Source of the DNA: Eledone cirrhosa
Taxonomy: Eukaryota
Length of the DNA: 64,000 nt
Assembly (NCBI GenBank): GCA_964016885.1
Contig: OZ024745.1
Coordinates: forward strand, 108,004,001 to 108,068,000
Reading direction: 5' to 3'
Shown piece by piece: positions 45,765 to 57,394 of this stretch. The position numbers and the translations under genes were made by a program. Numbering within the stretch: position 1 is the first letter of the stretch; the number at the start of each line of letters is the position of its first letter. The notes below the pieces were generated by a model, which worked only from the letters and a program-made list of their open reading frames with translations, did not search any database and was not told where the DNA came from.

Positions 45765-48700
45765 CTATCAAAAGACAATAAACATGAAGCAAGAAATATT
45801 ATGTGATTATTACAAAGAAATTTAGTTCTTTAGCATTCACATTACTCTATATTTATTATTTTCACGGTAAAGGCTTTATCTCACAATTTATCTCAAAATC
45901 TGGTATGAGTGTCTAGTTTCAACCAGTTTGAACAGAAAGAGGTGAGAATTCTGGTCGGTTTAAATGCTAAAGGGTTAATGTATTTTAGAAATATCAAGAT
46001 GTTCAAATGTGTGATATTAGTTGCTAATAAGATTATAATTTAGCAGACTACTCTACTCAGTCTCTTATGGTGAGAGAGACTTGCTAGCAAGGAAAGCGGA
46101 TGTTAAATGATGGTGATGAAACTCAACACTAATATATCAGATCAATTGGAGGCATGGTTGTGTGGTTAATAAGTTTGCTTTGCAACCATGTCGACTTGGG
46201 TTCAATCCCACACCAAGGGAGTTTGGGTGAGTATCTTTAACACTGAATGCCATGCAAGTGGAATTTAGTAAATGGATACTGTGCAAAAGATCGTCGTTGT
46301 CGTCATCATACGTCTGCTTTTCCAGGGTCTTTTCTATCACAGCATCTGAGGTTCAGAATTTTGAGATTAGCTCTAGCCACCTCAGCCAGTTTTTCTTGGT
46401 CTTCCTCTGCTGCAGTTTATTTCCACTAGCATCTCCTGCCTCTTTTTTACCGAATGACTATCTATCATCCATATGCATCACATGTCCATACCAGGTGCTT
46501 TTACTATTAAGCTGTTGGTTTTCTTTGAACGATAAGCAATAACTAGCATGGACTGTGTCTGTATGACCTATGCAGGAGTAGGCTTTATAACCTAAGGTTG
46601 TAAACAATGCTAAAACTTTCATTCAGAAGAAATAATCTTAACTCTGGTCACTTCTTGATATACACTGGGAATCCATCCATATATATTCACAGACTTTTGT
46701 TACAACTGCTCTTTTTATCACAATTCATGAATGCCGGAGAGAATTTTTCCTATCAACCTTATAAGAAAACATAACTTTGACAGGGAAATGGTAATTTGAT
46801 ATCTTCATCTCTCTCTCTCGCACAGTATTGACAAGATGTTCAGTGGTCATGCAGCACCTATCTATAGCTACCTATGTAACTTCTGACAATAAAAACACCA
46901 ACATCTATCCACCTATTTGCCTACCTATTCATCTAGCTATGTCTGTTTACCTGTCTCTCTGTCTATGAACATACCACCTACTTTATCTCTATAGCTATCT
47001 TTGTTTGCCTACCTGTCTATCAATCTATAGTTATCTATTTATGTATATTTACCAATGTATCTATCTTCAGACAAGAACAACAAATCCAAAATCCCACTGA
47101 CAGATAGATACATAGGTAGAACCAGGTTGTCAGAATTTAGTGGATGATTAACCCATTAGTATTTAAACCGGCCATATCAGGCCAGAATTCTCTCACCTCT
47201 TTCTGTTCAAACTGGCTATAACTGGTCACTCATACTGATATTAAGGTATTGCTCTCAAAATAAATAATATCAAAATCTCATAGATTCGATATTATGTGAG
47301 ATAAAGTCTTTACCATTAAAATACAATAGTATATATAGAGTAATGTAATTGCTGAAGGGTTAAAGAAAATCATTGTAATTCATTTAAATAGCTGTATAAT
47401 GAAATACAGTGATTGCTGGAATGAGAGGAGAAGGTTAAGGAAAAATCTGGATTCAAGTATCTTTATAATCAAGAAAATATTAAATACTTTTCATTATAAA
47501 CTCCATTTTTGACAGGTACAATGGCTAGTTAAAACATAATACAAGTATTTATTCTTTCCTTCACACCAAAAAGTATTTTTATCTAAAGTTTTCTATGAAT
47601 TGCTTCCCTTGACACTGCATTAGGTATTATTCTATCGGCAACATAAGGCGCCCAGAAGGTTAATGCTAAAATTAATTATCTTACAAAACATTGCCAAATC
47701 CTTGATTATTTTCAAAATTAACTACAAGTCACAAGTAGTGTATTTTAATTAGACATATGGCAATGAAAAAGTTTACACAACACAATAAGGAATAATTAGC
47801 TTACCAATTTGGCTGTTAAATCATCTTTCATGATATCCTTCAATTCTAAATCACTTATATTTAAAATATCCTTGGCTAGATTCTTAGCCTTCTGCAAGCT
47901 GCTGTTGGATGGTAATTGTTGCTGTATTTTTTCCATCTGAGATGTCTTCAACATTTCTCTAACTTGGCCAGTACGGAATATAAGTTCACGGCTCATTATC
48001 TATATTAGAACACCGCCACCATACACATGCAAAAAAACATACACAAAACAAATATATATATTAAGATTATGAATAAGATGTTAGTAGTTAAGGGTATTAT
48101 TCAACTTAGTACTCTATACTCAAGAAAAGTAGAGTTGCACCCCACTAACAAATCAAATTATAACTATGTTCTGAGAAGGCACAGACTTGAATCAAATTAA
48201 ACCAACCAGATTAATTTCTCATTTGTTATTGAACCAATATAAGGTAAATAATCCCTATAAAATATACACTGGTATTTACCTGTCTACGGTAGGACCAATA
48301 ACATCGTTAGAACTTCATGTAGCAGGGATATGAATATCCCAACGAAATAAGGTGAAAAATGGTTTTGCTTTTGTGGAATAATAGCATCATATTAGATTTT
48401 GTTGAGTGTTCAAAAGAATCTCAGAGTCAGATGTATAGGTTGAACAATGAAAACAAAGGTGAGATTTAGAGTTTAAATGCTTCATTGTTTTACAATCATT
48501 TCAAAAGGTTGAATTAACTATGATAATATTGATAACTGCTATTGATTAGTCAATATATTGATATTATCATGGTTGAGACAAACTTTTGAAACAATCCTAA
48601 AACAATGAACTAATTAGGCACTAAACCTTACTTTTATTTTCATTGTTCAACCTATATAAAATAATTGTTTCTACTTTTGGCACAAGGCCAGCAATTACCC

Positions 48701-51700
48701 AGTACATTACTGGTACTTTATTTTATTGACCCCGTAAGGATGAAAGGCAAAGTCAACCTCGGCGGGATTTGAACTCAGATCGTAAAGGGACGTAACTATG
48801 CTAGAAAGCATGGCGTCCGGCCCTCTACCGATACTGCCAATTCACCGCCCTTACCTATATATAATAATATATAAAAATTAGCAAAGATTTCTTGATTTTA
48901 CATGTTGGAGAAAAATCTTTATTTCTTGGCACAGTTTGCATCTATTTTTTCCCTTAATCTAAATCATTTTTATGCAATTTTAAAATTCCAGTCATTTGAT
49001 GATTTTTTGGCTTTAATAAATATTTCTAAGTTTATTTTACCAACAAATTATTCTTCTTCACCCAATTATTCCAGAGAGGGTTGTGGGGCAAAGTACTCAA
49101 ACACTCCTTCCAGCGGGTCCCTAAGCGAGACCAGCTCAGCTCATGAATGTTATCCAACCATCTTGCTCGGGGTCTACCATCGAGTCTCCTGCCAGTTGGT
49201 TTTGCCTGTAAAATCTGTCCAGCAATTCTTTCCTGAGACATTCTAACCACATGGCCATAGCATCAGAGCTGTGAGCTCTCAAATCTGTCCAGCAATTCTT
49301 TCCTGAGACATTCTAACCACATGCCCGGAGTATCAGAGCTGTGAGCTCTCAAATCTGTCCAGCAATTCTTTCCTAAGACATTCTAACCACATGCCCATAG
49401 TATCAGAGCTGTGATCTATCAAATCCTCCACAATGTTTTCATTAACTCATTTAAAAATATTTCTAACAAAATACACTCTATATGTGTTCTAACGAATTTC
49501 ATAAATAATTAGGAATTTGGATGAGTTTAGAAAATAACTAACTTGTTCATAATTGATTTGGCGTCTGGGATCTAACGTATCTTTTTAGTTACTACATACA
49601 ATTATGCTAGAAGGTTATAATTCAAATCTAAATATTTTCAAAGTTTGATACTATAAACATTTGAATTAACAAAACTGTTTTTAGATATTTTTCTGCAACA
49701 TCATTACAGGATGTTAAGAGATAAAACATTAAGTAGTGTAATATATCTTTGCCTAGGATTTGAGCCTTGGTCTTTATTTGGTCAATATCTGTTCATTTAT
49801 TGATCTGTGTAGCTAACATGATTGCATTGATAGAAACATTAGTATTCTGCAGGTTCAATCACAATAAGATTTGGAAAGCTGCTCGCCAATACATTTGAGT
49901 CTAGTTTAGACTAATATCCTTTTCCCAACATGAATATCTCTGATCTCAACTGCCTATTTGCAATTTCAGTTTAGGTCAGTGGTTCCCAACCTTTTGTGCA
50001 CCATGCCCCGCCTCAACATTTCAAAAATTGTTACTGCCCCCATCCCCCAAATATTTTTTTTAATGAAAACAGCAATGATCAACTGTAAAGTGTAAACCAA
50101 TTGGTGTATAGGTAGTCTTCTTGGTTGTCCATCGTAAACAATGATGACATCCACAGGTGGCTGTGGAGGCCAATCCTTGACTTGCAGGTCCGGGGACAGT
50201 GGGGGCAGGGGAAGAGACCGGAGTCGCTTCGGGCAGCTGCTGATGCCTTTCTCCTCCTTTCACGGGCCTCAGTGACCTCTGCCTGTCTCTTCTCTTCAAA
50301 AGAGTCTTTGGCGCGTCTGATAAGGGCTCGCCACTCAGTCCTGTCCTGAGCATGGGACACGAGTTGTTTTGGTGCGATTCCAGTGTTGTTCGATTCCAGT
50401 CCTTGAACCTCTTGAGAGGCCTGCCCCGCTTTCGTTTCCCCGAACAGAGTTCCCCATACATCAGTTGCTTCGGAAGCCTGTATAGGTAGTACCAGATGCG
50501 CAATAACATGTATGGAGGTGGTGAGGCATGAATTTCTGATAGTAATGTGTACTAAAGTTGCCTTGTGTAAAAGTAACAAGGTAAAATCTGAAGTTTGTTC
50601 TCATTAACATCATTTTCAAATTGCCTCTTTAAATATTCAAACTGTTCCCCTTGTGGGGCATGCATTCCATGTTGGGAATCACTGGTTTAGACATATATTT
50701 AGCCATAGCTAAAAAAAAAAAAAAAACAGTAGCTGCAAATAGACATCTGCCATCACTCACTACAATATTTCCTACCTTGACAAACTTATGAAACTGTTCA
50801 ATCTTTGAGTGGGCTGCAATTAATTTGCTCTGGGTGTTGGTGATTGTGGCTTCACTCTGGGCTGCTATCTCTACAATGTGTTTCTGAGCAGATTTCTCCA
50901 GTTCAGCTATAACAGCTTGCATCTTCTCATACTGCTGCATACTGTATTCATGCTGTTGATTCTGTGGATAACAATAACAACAGTGTAAATTACATAAAGT
51001 ATTCATTTTGTATATGTCTAAATCAGAGGAGGAAGGAAAGAACACACTTGATAATTGTTAGTGTTCCCAGGACTCCTGGGAAGAAGGGAGGAAATTATCT
51101 ACAGACAGGAGACTTGAACATTTACAATAAAGTGGACTATTCTAATGTATGGGACAGGTGGTGATGTTATATTTAGGTGACAGATTAAGTTTACTCGTAA
51201 AGTATATGCTACTTCAGTTTCATGAAAGGTAAGAAAATAAAAAGTTATGGTATAGCATACACAAGACAAACATCTTAAACTGCATCTGAAAAAAAAAGCT
51301 ATTTGACATACTGACAAAATCTCAACCACAGGCTTATTGATATCCTGTTTCTTCTATAATAATATAAATCTTTCCTATAGATATTGGCTTACAGAAGTCC
51401 AAACTGAACATCTACCACATCAATCTCTCCAGTATGGGAGGGCCTACAAAATTCTTATATGACTTTTATCATTAAAAATAAAATTACAAACTTTAAATTT
51501 TGGCTTAAATCTAAATTAAAACATAAATTTAGAATTTTAAGGGGAAAATATTGATATTTGCAAAATTATAAGGCTTTGTACTGTTGTTATCTGGTTTAGA
51601 ATAGGCACCTCAAATTCCTACATGTTGTAAAAGACAACTAAAAGGGTTGGTAACAGGAAAGGCATCCAGCTATAAAACATTGTCTCAAAAAGGATACTTT

Positions 51701-54700
51701 GATAAATATGCAGCCTGCCATGGGGCCTGCAAGGCTAACTCCTGCTATCCCATGGAAAAAAGGCATTAAAGCACATATTAACTGTTGAAACCTCAGAATA
51801 GAGCAAAATACAGTGGAAACTGAGAATTAGTGAACCAACATTTACTGTTGCTTTCCATCCTCCTCCTTTGCCCACTTATTCCTGAGGGGGGGGGGGGTCA
51901 TAGGGGCAGAGTCTTCAAATACTCCTTTCCAGCAGGTACTGTCAGAAGCAACTGTCTCCAATTGATCTGGTTGGATCCTCAAGTGAGACCAGCTGAGCCT
52001 GAGCCTATTGTTTCCAATATTTGACAAAACCTTCATGATATAAATATTCCATAACTACTATCAACAATTAAAGATGATTAAATAACTGTTTCTACTTTAG
52101 GCACAAGGCCAGCAATTACCCAGTACATTACTGGTACTTTATTTTATCAATAACTCGTCAAACTTACAATTGTGATACAGAAGGAAAGTTTTACCTTTTT
52201 TTGTAAAATGCGAGTAAGGCTCTTATGTTTTCTTTCTAAGTCTTCTTTTCTTTTGGTCATAGCTAACAGTTTCTGATGCTCAATATCCGTCTAGGTAAAA
52301 ATAAACAATCAATGATATAATAAAGATGGCGACAAGGAAGGTCGCTTGACCACGTCTTGACCAAACAAAATATAATATTTTCACCAAAAACTGCCCTTTA
52401 AACACATGTCAGATGGATTACAATATTCATTATTACAATTACTTTCACTGTTCCCTAACAACTAGTACCAGTTTCAAGATAGAATTATCTTAACGAAGTA
52501 TATATAATTTCACTTGATTTTCGCCAACGAACCACGTGTGGACATGGACGGGGAAAAAAGGAAAAAAAACAAAACAAATCACTACGTCCCTTAAGGATCG
52601 CAGTAAGTACTCCACAAAACATATAAACAACAATATACACACAGATTTATATACAGATACATACCATATGCATATACACACACGTGAAAAGAAACCACAC
52701 TATTGCGTGTGAGACACTATACCGGCCAATTTTACCAATTTACATTGGTAAAATATTTCTTAACATTGACCTCGCTTCTAACCCACATACACCTTTTAAT
52801 TATATATATATATACTAGCAGCTGAAAGTTAATAATTTGAAAAAAAAAAAAAAAAAAAAAAATATTATTGAAAGTTTACTATAAAGAAGCAGTATCAGGG
52901 GAAAAAAAAAAAACAAAAAAAAAAAAAAACGTTATTCGCTGTTAATAAACAACTGCCTTCTACAGTACGTTTCATTTAACTTTCGCAGCATATTTATTTG
53001 TTTACATGCACAGACTCTTCTACACACACACAACATTTAGGAAAACGGAAACAAAATACACAAAAAAAACAGACATTTTATTTCTATCGTAATCAAGTGC
53101 GCTAAACCTATATTGTTTACATTCTGTGTTTTTCTACGGATGGGTAGAAATAACAAAATTGCCATGGTGATGTCCATCGATGAAATTTGCGACAAAACTG
53201 GTCGATGTCCAAAAATAGAACATTGCCCGGAAGATCACACCTGCCATATCTGTACGGAACCCGAAAACTCGTTCCGTAATCGCTGGGTCGAATGTGGAAC
53301 CTGTCGCATCTCTGTCTGCCTTCAATGCGCCACAGGCTTCCGGAAGATCCCAGGCCAAAATAAGAAACATCACATTGCTACGATGGATAGACTCTGGGAG
53401 ATGGTCCAGCTAACAAACTGGTCCTTTCAGTGCCTGGGCTGTATGCCTGCTTCTCCCATTACTGCGGAACAACAACAAAGACCGAAGATCGTGTCTTCTA
53501 CCATTGTTCCTGAACAACAACAACAAAAACCGAGGATCGTGTCTTCCTCTACCATTGTCGCTGAACAACAGCAAAAACCAACGACCGTAGCTTCTGCTAC
53601 TACCCCCGTTGAAGGACTTCATCAACAACAGCAACCCATGTCTTCCTCACCCGTTACTTTTCAACAACAACAACCGACGACTGTGTCTTCTACCATTCCT
53701 GTTGAAGGAGAAGAACAACAACAAAAACCGACCGTCAATACGGAGTTTGAGGAAATACGGCAAATGATTTCCGCTTTAAGTCAAGAAATAGCGGAAATAA
53801 AATCAAGCGTTCGTGTAGAACCCCACAATGAGGGATCTTACCGGAGTGCCTTGTTAAAAAATCTCCGCGTACCTCATGTTGAACCTAGACGCATTGAGAA
53901 TGCCACTGAAACTGCAAACCACGAAGTGATTGCCATCGGTGTGCCGGAAGACATAGTTGATCTTCAGGCATTTGCTACCAGTTCATCCAAAGACCTGGGC
54001 TGTGCTCCCGCAAAGGGTGCTCTACGCCTTGGCCGACCAGGCCCGAAACCCAGGTTAATTAGACTGTCGTTTTCAAACTCGGCTGAGGCACGTTCATACC
54101 TTCTAGCCTCTGATAAAGCTAGGCGTGAAAGTCGGATTGCTTTCCGAACACGTCCTGGTCTTCCACCTGATGTCCGCCCAAAGTTGCGTGCTGCAGCTTC
54201 CCTAAACCGCAGCTCGGCAGAACATGAAAGCTTCAGCCTACGAGATGATGGGCAGATATGGAGGTTTGTTAAGGCTGGCGAATCATGGAAAAGAGACACC
54301 AGCTGGTCTGAAAACAGTGTACCCACAACAACTGACAATAAAGAAACTGAAAAAACTCTGGGAAACTAAATCAGAACAACCTGCCATCCCCTGCACATAA
54401 TCATAGACTGGAATCAAAGTACAAACTGTTGTCCTTGAATGCACGTAGTCTATGCAATAAGATTCATCTTTTTGACTCCTACGTCAAAAGTATCAACCCG
54501 GACTTCATTACAGTCACGGAAACTTGGGCACATCCCTTACTCTGTGATGGGGTTTTCAGCATGACTGGCTACAACCTGTTTCGTAAAGACCGTATTAATC
54601 GTCGTGGTGGTGGTGTAATGGTCTACGTTCGGTCAAATCTGTCGGCAATTCCTTGTGCTGATTTGAACCAATCACAGCAGGAAGTTTTTTTCTGCGATAT

Positions 54701-57363
54701 ACGTATGACCATGTCAACACTGCTACTTGGAGTCGTTTACCGTCCCCCAAATTACTATCAGGACACTCAACTTTGTGATATCCTCAGAGCTGCTGCCAGG
54801 AAGACAGCCACTTATGTTTTCATTGCAGGTGACTTCAATCACCCTGAGATTGACTGGGAGACCTTTCGTTGGCCGCCAAGTGCAGATGACTTCCTTGAGC
54901 TGGTGCTGGACTCGAGTTGGTCCCAGGTGGTCACCTCCCCAACGAGAGGTGACAACACTTTGGACCTACTCTTCACCACTACTCCTGAAACGGTCATTAG
55001 TGTTACTGCTGAGGAACCTTTAGGTGACTCTGATCATGCTATGATCATTGCCAATCTATCCCTCATGGGCAGTAACAAGAACCACAACCATCTCCAAACT
55101 GCTCACTTTGACTGGAATAGAGCAGACTGGAACTGTTACTGCACCGAGTTGCAACGGCCAAACTGGCTTGAGTTCTATGACTCTGGAGATGTCAACACTG
55201 TACTCCAGAACATCCTGAGCTCAATATGGACAGCATGTGCAGCATCGGTGCCACGTAAGCGGAAAAAACATCCTAAAAGCGCAATTTGGGAGACTGCAGC
55301 AGTCCGTCTTGCCAGAAAAGAACGGCGCAATGCTGAACGTGAGTACAAACTTCACAAATCAGACATTAATAGGAAGAGGCGAAATAGATCGTCCAACCAC
55401 CTCAAACAGGTGACAAAAAAGGCAGTGCTTCAATTTGAGCAGCGCATAGCAACCAGCCCTGACAGTAAGGTGTTCTGGAAGTATGTTCACTCAAAGCAGA
55501 GGCCTCACTCTCCAGTTGGTCCTCTTCGCAATCCCCACACAAGCCAGGTTACTGACGACCCCAAGGAATGCGCAGAGCTCATTGCTGAATGCTATGCAGG
55601 CATTTTCACCATTGAAGACCAGAGTGTACCATCTCCACCACCTATGACACCGGACTCTATTACAACCATGGAATTTACACCTGCAATGCTGCGACGTCAC
55701 CTAAAAAATAAACGCAACCATGCCTCTCCTGGTCTTGATGGTGTTACGTACCTGCTTCTTAAACGTGGTGGGTACTTCCTTCTACGCCAGTTATCACGCT
55801 TCTTCCAATTCTGTCTGAACAACAGTGCTACTCCAGAACAGTGGAAAACTGCCAGTGTAATTCCTCTGTTCAAAAAGGGTGACCGCACATCACCTGTGAA
55901 CTATCGTCCAGTCAGTCTTACTAGTTGCATCGCCAAACTGATGGAATCCTGTGTCAGAGAAACACTTTGGAACTTCTGGAGCTCTCACAGTCTTATCCGG
56001 CCTTCGCAATTTGGATTTATCCCCAACTCCAGCTGCTGTGATCAACTTATAGAGTTTCTTGAGGACATCACCCGGATCACTGATGGCGGCTCATGGGTGG
56101 ATGTTGTTTACCTTGACTTTGCGAAGGCCTTCAATTCTGTGCCGCACAAAAGGCTTATGGCAAAACTCTCTGCAATGGGTGTGAAGGATGATCTTTTTAA
56201 CTGGTTGAAGTCCTTCATTCTCAGTCGAAGAGAGGTAGTCACGGTTCTGGGACAGCATTCCTCACCATATGAGATGTCATCTGGTGTACCTCAGGGATCT
56301 GTTCTTGGCCCCCTTTTGTTTGTGGCATATATTAATGACATAGATGCCAACTTAAGGAATGCCACAGTACTAAAGTACGCAGACGACATCAAGCTGTACC
56401 TTGAGATAAAAAGGACAGATCCTGAACACTATAGATCTTGCTTGCAGTCTGACCTGGACACAATGCAACAGTGGATCTCAGACTGGCAACTCAAGCTAGC
56501 TGTGGACAAGTGCACCACCATGCATTTTGGGAGTAAAAACCCAGCGTCCACATACTCCCTCCACAGCACTAATATCAAGAAGTCTTCCTGTGAACGTGAC
56601 CTGGGCATTACGGTCAGCAGCGATTTGCGTTGGACGAGGCACGTCTCTAAAATTGTCAAGAGGGCCGAGGGTGTCTTAGCATCACTCAGCAAGACCTTTG
56701 TCAGCCGCTCTCCAGATATCTATTTAAGGCTGTATACAGCTATGGTGCGACCACACTTAGAATTTGCATCACCAGTCTGGAACCCCTATCTTGCTCAGGA
56801 CATTGACCGCCTGGAAACTGTTCAGAGACGTGCAACCAAGCGAATACCCTCCATCAGGCATCTACCATACTCTGATCGCCTTGCTTCCCTGGGCATGGAT
56901 TCATTGAAGCTCCGACGCCTGGCAACTGACTTGGTAAACACCCACAAAATTGTTAACCATGTTGCCAACAACAACCCTGAGTGCCTTTTCGATTTCCATG
57001 TGTCTAACACACGTGGACATGCCCACAAAGTAAGAAAACAGCACAGTTCCCATGACTTTCGGAAACATTTTTTCACGCTCAGAGTTGCTGAAGCATGGAA
57101 CAAACTACCTGCATCAGTTGTTAGCTGTCGAGACGCTGCATCCTTTAAGGCCTCCATGCTTCCCGAGATCCGCCAACACTACAGCTAACACATACAAACA
57201 TGTACTTCCCTGGCATTTGTGTATTATTCTATGTACTATATTGACGAGTTGTAGTGCACCTGAGCACTTTACACAATAATTTCATTATTATTATTATATT
57301 GTAGATAATTGATTACGATAGTCAACGTTGGGATAATAGTGATGACAATGATGCTGATGATGG

Positions 57364-57394
<31 letters not shown>

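Larger units (their letters stand above)
52815..57297 (+). mobile_element. Apparently intact CR1-clade LINE, antisense within a CNTLN intron
   Basis: A-rich 5' UTR, two uninterrupted ORFs, short 3' UTR and (TTA)n tail. The 5' boundary is approximate. Confidence 0.92.
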
